From the NCBI RefSeq assembly GCF_036321535.1, contig NC_087437.1, forward strand, positions 88,042,001 through 88,106,000: DNA of 64,000 nt. The letters run 5' to 3'. The DNA is from Camelus dromedarius. Lineage: Eukaryota. Below the pieces are notes generated by a model. That model did not search any database. It saw only the letters and a program-made list of their open reading frames with translations, and was not told the DNA's origin. This document shows, one piece after another, positions 26,954 to 37,876 of this stretch. The translations under genes were made by a program, and so were the position numbers. How positions within the stretch are numbered: the first letter of the stretch is position 1; every line of letters begins with the position of its first letter.

Positions 26954-29900
26954 CATAAACCCTAACATCAATGACCCTTTTTTTTCCTACTGTTTAAATG
27001 GAAAGCCTTTCAGCTATTTTCACATTTATTGCTGCTTTGGAGAGTTGAGGGTATTAAGTGGTTGGTACAAGAATGTCAATGGAGTAGCCTTTAAGATCGA
27101 CCAGATCGACCTCCTCTCATATTTAGTTGACACCAAGTGTTCCACCGTGGCTCTAACCAGGTGAGACTGAGTGGGTCTCATCCTAGAGAGCAGAACCATA
27201 CTGAATAGAGTGTGAATAGAGAAATGATGAACTGACCTGTCAGAGAAATAGGGAGTTAAAAAAATCAGTGTGATATATATTACATGAAAGCTGAAGGTTA
27301 CCTTGTATTAGATCCATTTGAAATTACAAATCTTAAAAATACTCTCCAATTCAGACTAGGTACTACTGTAACTGATTTACAACATAACTAGAATTAATAT
27401 TTAGTTAAATAAACTACCCTAGATTTTAAAGGGCCTAATATCCTTATCACTGCATTTTAAATGGCATATTAATTGATCATATTTTATTGATATTTTATTT
27501 TTTCAAATATCTCACTAGACACAGATTTTACCATAGCTTTCTTAAATGTAATTTAAAGTTCTCTTTTTTGCTTTTGTTTGTAATTGCTAAGGTATAGTTT
27601 AGCACATTTTGGCAGGAAAATCAAAAAGATTCCATGCCAAAAATAACAGTACAACTGGTGCCTTACTTCTGTTTGGCAGAATTTCAAAATAATGGTATCA
27701 CTAAAAAACTTAAAAACAATGAACTTCATTTAAAAATATTTTCTCCTACCATTTTATGTACATAATTAAAATAGAGATAAAATTTTTAAGTCAATGTGAT
27801 GAGTTGTTATTAGAAAGCAGTAATGACATATATCTTAATCCAAGACTGTGTAAAAAGAAGTTATGTAAGTTTAGTATCTCATCCATTAACCTAAAATGAC
27901 CTCCATAATCTCCCTTAACCAATTCACTTAAAAAAAAAAAAAACATTTCACATATTTTTGGGAAACAAGGAGTTAAAATTTCATCACGCTCAAAATAATC
28001 TTGCATTTATTCACAGAAAATAATCTGTAAAATAGGAAAGAAAAAAATGTGGTTTTTATATTTTATTTTTCCTCTCATTATAAAGGTAGTAGTTTAATCA
28101 AGAAAATGTAAAAGAATAAATAAATGTAAAGAAAAAGTCAGCTATAAACATATCACTAATAAAGTATCCACTGTTAATAACTTTGCATATTTCTTTTCAG
28201 TCTTTTTTATTGACAAAAGTGAAATCATCTGTCCTTTGTATCTTTTCAGTAGTTATTATACCAGGACTAGTTTCGCATATGAATAAATATTCTTTATTCT
28301 TTAAAAACATGATCGTTAAGAGAACATAGGATTCCATCATATGTAACAATTCCCCTAACTTTGATCATTAGGTTATTTTCAATAATTTTCTATTTCAAAT
28401 AATGTCATTATGAACAATTAGTACCATTCAATTCTGAAAGTCAACCTAAAAAAAGAATAAACAACAACAAAGCATTTAGCTCCCCAAATACAGCCATCAA
28501 TATCTAGGGTTCGCTTTACTTTGCTTTTCCCAATCATAATAAATAAGTTCATGACTTTCCATGGTAGTCAACTTCTATGAACACCGGAAATGTCCCAAAT
28601 CTGTCAAATTTTGAAAACCATTTTTAGAAAGCTAAAATTTTAATTTGCAATGTATTAATAAAAAGAATTTTGTGAAAAGGAACACATAAAGTAAATTCAT
28701 TCAATGAAACTAATTCTAGCTCTGAATACTCATTACAAACTGGATCAGGAAGTAGCATACTCTTTTTCAAAAGTAAATAAATCACTATGAATTAGTTTTA
28801 ATACTTGTCTTTTTATAATCTTTCATATCCACTATTCTTTATTGAGTTGAAAAACTTAACTTGAGACTTCTATCTAAATGTAGCAGACTGAACACACAAT
28901 TACTTCTGCTCCCACTTGAAAACTCCACTAAAATAACAGTAAAGATATTTTTGTTTTAAAAGGTCTAAACCCACATGGAGGAAAACAATGACAAAGGATC
29001 GATGATAGCATTTAGGCAGTTATTATTTAGGAAGCAGGGAAGGAGTTCAAAAATAAGCTGATTTGTGTTGAAGAACCCCAGAAAATCTCAGGAATCTGAA
29101 ATGCCACATATTTCTTAAAGTGGAGGTGAAAGCAGAGTCAAAGACAGAAAGATCAGTTGAAAACCTCCCCCAGATTCCCTCCCCTGTTAGATCAATGAAA
29201 ATTCCCAATTCTCTGGAGAAGCTGAATAAGACTCAGAAATATTGGGGCAGGGGAGGAAGGGGTTAGAGGGAAGGAAGAAAGGAGATACAGAACACAGTGG
29301 GTAAAATCAAAGTGTACATACTGAACAGGGAGATGGTAAGTCCTCACCTCTGTCAACTGGGCTAACTGATTATATCTAAAACTAGGGGGAAAAAGTCATT
29401 TATAAACATGAAGGTAAATATCATAATTGCTAAAAAGAGTTGCAAGTGATTGCCTCTGGTGAACATATGGGGAAGGAAAGGGACAGAGTGCAACTGTTAC
29501 TTTTATTATAAGCTGTGGCAAAATAGAAAAAAAGAAACAAAATAAAAAACACACACAAAAAAGGTTGCCTCTATAATATCCACTCATTCTACTTTCCTTA
29601 TTAATAGAATCATAGACATCTAATCAGGGAAAAAATATTTTTTAAAGTTTCTAACATTCTTTTCAGATGGTGATAGCTAACAAAATGGAAATGGAAGTTA
29701 CTGAGTAGGATTGAGGGCAAGATGTTTTTGGCTTATTCTGCTACATGGAACTCAGATGTGATGGCTGACACTCCAGCAACTATTTTGGATCATGAGGCAA
29801 ACTTGAGATAAGAAGATAAGGATGACTGATTAGAAAGAGTAAATGACGGTACAATGATGATAAAGCTACTACATCATCCCTTTACTACCCATTCAAAACT

Positions 29901-30382
29901 ATTCACATGAGAAATAAATGTGTAGTATTGTTTAAGCTATTTAAGTCAGGTCTCTAGAAGCAGCAAAATGCAATCCCTGACATTTAAGTCTTACAATATG
30001 ACTTTTTAAACCAAGTACATATAAAACACATACAAAAATTAAAAGTAAATCAAAAATAAAATTCCAGTGAGTAACAAAAACAGTAAAAATGTATAATTAT
30101 ACCCTAAGAAACTAAAGAAACTATAAATATTATGTAAAATGTTATACCAAGACTAAGAGATAAGTGTTATATTTTCCTAAAACAATTAAATTTTAATTTC
30201 TTTAAAGTAAGAGGCATTAGCACATATTTTATAAAATCATAAGGTGAACCCTTTTTTCTGTTAGAGTGTCTCTTAGGTACTGTGCCTGGTACACAGTAGC
30301 TGCATAAAATTATTTGAGGATCATTGAATACTTTTTTTAAAGACATAAAGTATCCACTAAGAGTTCCAAAGTAAGGATATAG

Positions 30383-30563
30383 CAAGGTTTCTCAACTTCG
30401 GCACTACTGATATTTTGGACCAGATTAATTCTTTGCTGTTAGGGCAGCCCTGTGCACTATAGGGTGTTCAATAGCATCTCTGGCCTCTACCCACTAGATC
30501 CTACTAGCAACCCCTCAATTAAGACAATCAAAAATATCTCCAGACATTGCCCAATGTCCCCTG
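30383..30563. mobile_element. hAT-Charlie MITE (MER20-like, truncated)
   Basis: caaggtttctcaacttcggcactactgatattttggacc...ctggcctctacccactagat...tctccagacattgcccaatgtcccctg. Confidence 0.85.
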
Positions 30564-32495
30564 CAGGAAATAAAATTTGAAAAAATATATATATATGGTT
30601 GTTTTTGCAAATCATTTAATGCTCTGTCAGCAACACTTGGCTTTCCTAGTTAAATAACAAAATTTTAGAATTATAACATTTCTAAATTATCTCTACAGTT
30701 TATTGAGGGATACAAACTATAAGTGACCTACAGATTAGAGTATCCCTAACATCCCTCTTAAACCTTCAGAGGATTTCACATGAGAGAAATATTAATAGCA
30801 TCTATCTATTTAAGCCTATCTATGTGCTAGGTACAGTACTGAGCACTTCATGTTTATTCTCTCATTTTATACTCATGACATCCTCATGGGATGGCTATTA
30901 ACCCCACCACAATAAAAAACAACTTTAAAGTCTATTTTAATCAACATATCGAAGTGCTCCCAGAAATACATAGTTATCACGCACTATATTCATTCTGGCT
31001 CTGAGCTAAGAAGAAGGTATCTTTACTTGCTTAATTTACAATTTATGATAAAAAAAATTTCAATTTTCAATATATCTAGCAACAAAATTAGGTTGAATTA
31101 TCACAACCCTCAGGAACTGGGGAAATGTTCTTAGCACCTAACAAGTCAGAGAAATAATAATTACTTGACTGTTCCTTGAAGTATTTTTTACACTGTGGCA
31201 TAATGCAAGAGTACTTTTTAAATTTTTCGTACATGATTCCCTGAGTACTTCCAGTAACTTTTTCTCTTCTGTACAACTTGACCAAACAAACAAAAAAACC
31301 ACTTTACAATTATTTGAGATTTATAATTTCCATCTGTCTTTTAGTAGAAATTGAAGGCTGGGATCAAAATCCCAGCTTGTTCATCTGACAAGTTAACTTG
31401 TTCAGGCCTCAATTTCAACTATGTTACTTGCATAACAAGGCCTATCCGAAGGCCTTAAGAGTTAGTAGGTCCTCAATAAAAATTACATTCCCCTTCCTTT
31501 CACCCTCAATTAAATATTAGCTAAGGGTCAATTCTATTTAAGCATTTGTTGCAGGTCTACTAATAAGAGCGAAGAGAGGGTATGATGGAGCAGTCAGTCT
31601 AACATTATTCAATGTTAACTGGTAATTAACATTGTTAATCTCCCAAATCCATCATCTCAAAATTGTGTTGTAGCCTAAGGAACCATTCCCCTAGTATGAG
31701 ATTTAATAATTACTGGTATTGTTTCTCAAATAGAAAAGTATACAATAAAACGCACTGAGCACATGCATAATTTATCACTTATATTATCTGGAGTCTTCTG
31801 TTTTACTTTTCCTTGTGGTAAAAGACAGAACCATTCTTGAAAAGAAGTGTTCCTTCCTCTCCCTTCACCCGCACAACCAACTGCCAAGAAATTCTGATTC
31901 ATATTTCTCTCTAAAAGGAGGAAGATAAATTGGAGCCTTTCTTCTCAACCCCACAAAGCTGTGTGTATTATTCGTATATTTAGTTAACTGTCACCAACCC
32001 AAGTGCATATTATCCATTTTACAGATTACTCAAAAGTAAGTCACTTACTAATGAAATAAGTTTCTCTTAGTGAATAGTAGGAAACCAAATGTTTAAAAAG
32101 AAACAATCTTTGAGAATTAGATTATATAATCCACTGCTTCCCTTACTGGCAAACAAAACAAAACTACTATACTAGAATGTTATTAATCAATCAATAAAGT
32201 TCAACTTAATACATGTAACATTTTATTTCATCTTAAAGTTTTATTACAAAAAAAGACTTCACAAAGCTCACCTGCAAGGTGGAACCAGGACAGGAACCCT
32301 CAGATCTACTGGTAATCTATAGTAAAATATCTTATGAGGTTTCAGGTAAAAGTTGGTTACATGGAAGTATGTCAGTTTAACATTAATAATTTAGCAATAT
32401 AAAATAAAAGTTTAAGTTGTTCCTATTTAGTTTTATTTTCCTGGATATTTTAGGAAGCAGTGGAGTTTTATAAAATAGTCAACTTCATTTGTTCT

Positions 32496-33653
32496 TAAAA
32501 TAATTTACTGTCACTATTCTGATACTGTATTTCACCAGCTAAATTTATTCATTTGTTCTTAAAGTTGACTTCAAGAAATAGACTAAAGAGTAGTTAAAAG
32601 TCCTCCAAAAATGTTCTGGCTCTCAAATAAAATTTCAAATTCTACAGTAATTACGGGTTATCTGTCAAGTAAATTAACAAAGCTAAATGTAACCAAAACC
32701 AACTTGCTCATTAATGCTATAAAAAGCAAAACATAGAAAAAAATAAAAAAGACTTTCTGCCTGTGAAAATATTAAAAAGATCAATTGTAACTTAATTTTT
32801 CAGAAGCTTAAAATCCCTATAAATACAAAGTCTACTGATAATATGGTTTCTAGATGTAAAACAGTTAGAAGACAAGCTCTGTAAAGACACTGAACCTCTA
32901 AATCCTGAATGTAATATCAAAAAAAAATTATTTTTTCAAGAAAGTCACTAAGAGAGTAATGCCAAAGAAAACTGACATATCTTTTATAACAAGACAATTT
33001 CCACCATCAAATCAACTTATCTATTGAGGGAAGACAGATGAAATCAAAACACAGTTTAAACTAGTTATTAAAAACCTACCTGAAAATATCAACCCCACCC
33101 TTCTTCTTTCAATGCTTGGAAAGGACATAAAATCAAATTTCAGCAAACACGATGCCAACTTCTGGTTAATTTTATTTCCTACTTGTTACCAAAATGAAAT
33201 TAATGGCTAACTTTAATTAGTGTGTAAAGAATTCAAATCCCTTACATACTCACTAACTTAATTACTATGCCTATATGACAGAAGAGGAAACTAAGGCACA
33301 AAAAGGTTAAGTAATTTGTTCAAAAGAACATAGCTAGAAGTAGTGGAGCCATGATTTGAACCCTATACATCCAACATGATAAATGGAGGAATGGGGTGGA
33401 AAAAGGAGCAGTTAATTTTTTTTTCCAAAATACTTTGCAAACTAAGAATGTCGTGAATGAGAACAAAATCTTTAAACTATAAATATACACAGATATGAAT
33501 GCAGATAACATAAATTTTACCCCTAGACAAGTACTTCGGTGCTTTAATATCTGATTATGGTCAAACACTATAAACTACCTCAAATCGCAGTGGCAGTCGA
33601 CCAAGTAAAATAATTTACTGTCACTGTTCAGACACTGTATTTTACAGGCTAAA
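32496..33653 (+). repeat. Dispersed 48-bp direct repeat pair (32496-32543 and 33606-33653)
   Basis: taaaataatttactgtcact(a/g)ttc(t/a)ga(t/c)actgtattt(c/t)ac(ca/ag)gctaaa, 42/48 identical by manual alignment. Confidence 0.9.
33255..33370 (-). mobile_element. MIR SINE fragment
   Basis: acagaagaggaaactaaggcacaaaaaggttaagtaatttg...gccatgatttgaaccc. Confidence 0.7.
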
Positions 33654-34421
33654 GAAAATACATTGTAATTTAAAGGAAGGGGGTGGGGAGTGGTGATGTA
33701 ACCGGAGCAATAGTTTCAGGAAAACTACTTTCTCTATTAGCAGTTAATTAGAAAAGAGCTTGTGTGTGTCAGGGAAAGAGGGTAAGAAAAGATGACAATC
33801 CCACTGCCTTAACCCCACCTCCCAAAAAAGTAACTAAATCACCATGGGTCAGCGCCTAAGCCAAAAGAAGAACTGACCCAGCGGAATCTCGTGAGGGAAT
33901 GACAGGAGACCCTAGCAGAGGGGGAGGGGTGGCGATGACAGGAGAGGGGGCGGTAGAGAGATGGCATGCCTCCCATCTCCGAAAAAGGGGAGAATACGGG
34001 GGGCAAGGGGCGGAGAAGGGAAGGCAGGAAACGTTGCCAGAGATTCCGAAAGAGGTGACAAGAAACAGGGTAGGAAACACAAGAAAGGCGGGACCCTCGG
34101 GCAGAAAGGGGTCTGTATGGGGCAAGGGAGGCATGTCAGTACAGAGCTTTCCTGCCAGCTGACCCTCCTCCGCTCCAGCCCCTCCACCCGCGACAAACTC
34201 ACTTTCTCAGCAACCCTAAACCTGAGCGGGTCAACCCCGTCCCGCTCCCCGCCCCCCACCCCAAGCCAGATAGGTGGAGGGGGGAGCTTCACCCTCACTC
34301 TCCTTGTTGGGCTGGTGGAGCGAGCGATGGACACAGCCCAGATTCGAAGTCGAGGCGGCCAGGAGAAGTAGGGAGGCCCAGGACCCGGCTGACAAGTCCG
34401 GGCGGCCGACAGGCGCCTCAC

Positions 34422-34613
34422 CTGACAGAAGCGTCGGCAGTAATCCCGACTGCTGATCCCGACGCCGCCGCCGCCACCACAGCTGCCGCCCCCAGCGACG
34501 CCTCTGCCGTCGTCCGCAGCTCTAAGCCCAGCAGGGCCTGGCGGGGACTCCACAATGGCCACGAGCTCTTCTCCGAGGCGTTCGGCCTCTTGGTCGCTCT
34601 CTTCCTCCGCCAT
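34422..34613 (-). CDS. ZNF654: ZNF654 coding exon 1 (64 codons)
   Basis: MAEEESDQEAERLGEELVAIVESP...GISSRDYCRRFCQ followed by a CAG|GTGAGG donor (GT at 34421-34420). The rest of track ORF 33912..34613 is intron read-through. Confidence 0.93.
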
Positions 34614-34699
34614 GAGGCTCTCGCCGCCCAGCGCGTACCAGCCCCTGCGCCGCCGCCGCTGTAGCTGCCTCGGCTAACCTCCTCCTCCTCCTCTAGTTC

Positions 34700-34880
34700 C
34701 CTCCCCCTTCCCTCCGCCCGAGCCGGACGGGGGCCTCGCGACTGGCTCTACTTCCGGCTCCGCCCACCCACGCCCCCAATTTTCATTGGACAACTCTAGC
34801 CGCCAATCACTCATATGCCCGCCCTTCCACTACCATTGGTCAAGTCAGCCGCCTGTTTGATACACCCGCGGTCCGTTGGT
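34700..34880. promoter_or_regulatory. Core bidirectional promoter: ETS/GABP site, four CCAAT boxes, GC boxes
   Basis: acttccgg 34750-34757; ccaat 34776-34780 and 34803-34807; attgg 34785-34789 and 34835-34839; ccgccc boxes near 34714, 34760 and 34819. No TATA box seen. Confidence 0.75.
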
Positions 34881-34986
34881 CAATGTTGCTCGGCGGTTGC
34901 TGGGGACCGCCTACGAGCTCTGCCATAGGCGGCGCAGGAGGACGGGGCGCGGCGGGGGACACGGCGGCCGCCGCTGGGCTCGATCG

Positions 34987-35035
34987 GGCGGCGGCGGCGG
35001 CGGGGTCGGCGGCGGCGGCGGCGGCGGAGGCGGCG
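34987..35035 (+). repeat. Interrupted (GGC/CGG)n repeat in the CGGBP1 5' leader
   Basis: (ggc)5 ggg gtc (ggc)6 gga (ggc)2. Confidence 0.95.
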
Positions 35036-35744
35036 AAGACGAAGACGACGGGTCCTCCTCCTCCCTCACCCCATTGCTCCTCCTTTTCTTCCTTCTCTTT
35101 TCCTTTCCGGCCGGGTATCGTCCACTTTCCCTAGCGGCGGCCCCGATCCTACGGTACCGAGAAGCTAAAGAGGCCGAGGGTGGGCCCGGCCGTTGGTGCG
35201 GGCTTTGGGCCCGGGGCCTTCGTTCCCGAAGCGGGAACCGGAGGCGGGGCCGGGGCGCCGTAGTCGGCGGGAGGAAGTGGGAGGAGACGGGAAGCCTGAC
35301 AGCGGCCGCCTCCGCCGGGCGCCTGCCGCCTCCTCCCTTGAGACTGCCGCCAACTCGGCTGTCGAGTTCCCGGGCCCACAGCCGGCAGCTGGGACTCGGC
35401 CCTGCCCAGCTAGCGGGGCAGTGGTGGTGGGGCGCCGGCGTGCTGGGCTCTGCGCGGGAGGAGGGAGTCTAGACGCCAGGAACGCCTCGAGCCCCGCCTT
35501 TCCCTCCTCCCGAACCCTGAGGCCTGGGGCACGCGAGGAGGTGCGGAGCGGGGCGAACGACCGAGAAGGGACTAGGATGAGGAGTGTTTGGGTAAACGCA
35601 AGGATCCGGATTTGTGGTGTGGACTTAACTAGAGTGATTTTAAAGACACTTGCGTGCTGACTGTTGTGGACGTTCGTGTTCGTTTTCCATCCGCCCTTCC
35701 CCCTCCCCCATCTTTTCTTTCCATTTGTTTTTCGTGTTTTACAG

Positions 35745-35949
35745 TAAAGGCATGACTTCCCGGCACCTCAGGGAAAATAGGGTGCAAGCCCAGAAACTAT
35801 TTCCCCACCACCACTTGTTGAAAAACTGATTTGAAGGCATCTCCGAGTTTAAACCAACGGAAAGTGCCAGGATTGCATGCGTCTCTGGTTTTGCGCTGGA
35901 GACCCTTCACTACTAGGTATCAAGACGGAAAAACCTGGAAACTAATTCG
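35745..35949 (+). other. CGGBP1: Probable CGGBP1 non-coding 5'UTR exon containing two uORFs
   Basis: Long pyrimidine tract plus ttttacag acceptor (AG 35743-35744) and tcg|gtaaac donor (GT 35950-35951). Boundaries inferred from splice consensus only. Confidence 0.6.
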
Positions 35950-37876
35950 GTAAACATTTAAACTTGAAGACTTCTGATGACTTTTATTTTTATCTAGTAA
36001 ATGATTTGCTTCTTCTCCCATCTTTTCCCCCTGCTCTTAACTTTTTAACTTCCTCGTTTAGGATATCTTTACTTATGTGGAAAACACTTTTGTTCTTCGG
36101 TTCTGCAAACTCGAGCATTCTCTATTGGGTGGATATTTGCCTTGCGGTAACGCAAATATACTTTAAAAGTTACAAGACTTTGGAATGTATAGGCCTTTCA
36201 TATTAGTACAAAGTGAGCAGTTTATGCTTAAAAGGAAAACGACCTTTTTCATTGTTTTAGGGTTTGAAATCCAAATATTTAAAGACGAGACTTTTCACAT
36301 AGATTTAGGCATCACTGGACACAAATATGTAATGGTTTTCATAACTAGCTTACAACCATTGATCATAATTGGGACTGATTTGCTATATGATTATAAAACA
36401 TACCATTAAGTTAAACTACAAATATGTGTGATGGTATTTAACTATTTAATAGGCAGGAGTCATATCTGTCTTAAATGCCAGTGGAAACCTATAGACTAAA
36501 TAATGTATTTGGTACATGAGAGCCGTGCATTGAACAGATTTTTAATGGAAAAAAATAGAGTTAAACTTCTTAAAATCTAACTTAACATACTTTCCAGAAT
36601 TCCTGTGAAATGTTGAGGTTATGTCCACAGGTGACTAACACATTGGCAATTTGAAATTCTTTTGAGAGATATTTCATGTTACCCAGCTATGAATTCTCTA
36701 GTCTAGACTAATGGAATACTCCATCGTTTCTGATTACACTTATAAAGCATTGCTCTTTAGAGCTCCCTTGGGAATTTTTCTCTAATGTATGTAAACTGAA
36801 CAGAATTCCAATTTGAATTCTATGAAACTCATTTCAGTTTCTTAACCTAGGTTAATGTAAGAGATTAGCACAGTGGCATGGCCCCAGGGAACAAATGGTC
36901 ATCACTGACAACGTTTGTTCTTTATCTCAAGTTTGCAGTTCCCATAACATTATGATTTTGGCAATGATCATAAAAATTTGTTGTTAGGATAAATCGAGAA
37001 ATTATGAAGCTGCTTCTGAGTTAAATGTTTGGAAAAATAGTGAAGAAATCATTTACTTATTCCATATAAAGAAATTGTGATATACAAGGTGCTGTGTTAA
37101 GTTCTTAGTTTTGATCTAACTTATCAGTTAATAAGTGAAATAAATATTAATAAATGTAAATATTAGTCTTTAATGGAAGAAAGAAGACAGTTTTAGGCAC
37201 TTTTGCATATCTTGACTGTCACCTTTTGGAAAGAATGCATTACAAAAATGACTTACTTTGAGCTGCGTATTTTGATTTTAAGAATTGTCATTGTTGCTGC
37301 TTTTATTTGCATTTGGTCTGTGTTCTTTCTTGGTTTTTACTTTTCTTCTCAGAACAACTTTGGAAATTATATGCGTCTGCATATAGATTTATGCCATTTT
37401 AGTCGCCACATATTTGAACAGTTGTACACAATTCTCTGCAATTGTGTTCCTAAAATCAGTTGCCCCAGAACTGTGAAGGGAAAGAAGCTCTTTTAAACTT
37501 GAACATACGTCTAAATGGATGAGATTAATACAGTTAACACCATAAATGTTGATCTGTGATTAGGTTTTTCTAAAGAATAGTGACATCTAGGAGAGTTGGA
37601 GCTCTTTTTTCATAGTTCTAATTTATTTGAATTTCATCAAAATCAGGGAATGAACCTAGTTGTTACTAATAACTTGCTCTGATTTTGCCTACCCTTACAT
37701 ATTTCAGGTAAGTTAAGACTTAGTAGACACACAGTCTCTTCATTTGAATTAAGTTTTCTGAAGCCTTTATTCTAAAAATGCTTATGTCTTCCTTTTATTG
37801 GTAATTTCTTCCCAAATGAAGTGTTGTTATAACACTTTGTTTCTCTTGTCTTGAAAGAACCTTATTCAAAGTCAGA

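Larger units (their letters stand above)
34200..35700. promoter_or_regulatory. CpG island spanning the 5' ends of ZNF654 and CGGBP1
   Basis: Abrupt GC- and CpG-rich block in an AT-rich, CpG-poor background. Edges approximate. Confidence 0.93.

Noticed and set aside
27040..27240. Plus-strand donor-like ccag|gtgaga and tandem agatcgacc x2, possible antisense exon
   Set aside because: No convincing acceptor or other support from sequence alone.
33912..34421. C-terminal 169 aa of the 233-aa minus ORF and overlapping ORFs at 33856-34456
   Set aside because: Read-through past the ZNF654 exon-1 donor into GC-rich intron; no recognisable protein.
34876..35660. Long unspliced ORFs (198, 155 and 83 aa) in the CpG island as stand-alone genes
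   Set aside because: Non-AUG starts, low complexity, expected in stop-poor GC-rich DNA. Only the spliced polyG hypothesis was kept as a finding.
36858..36910. Faint resemblance to U6 snRNA (gattagca...tggcccc)
   Set aside because: The match is short, interrupted and lacks the rest of U6, a tail and a TSD.
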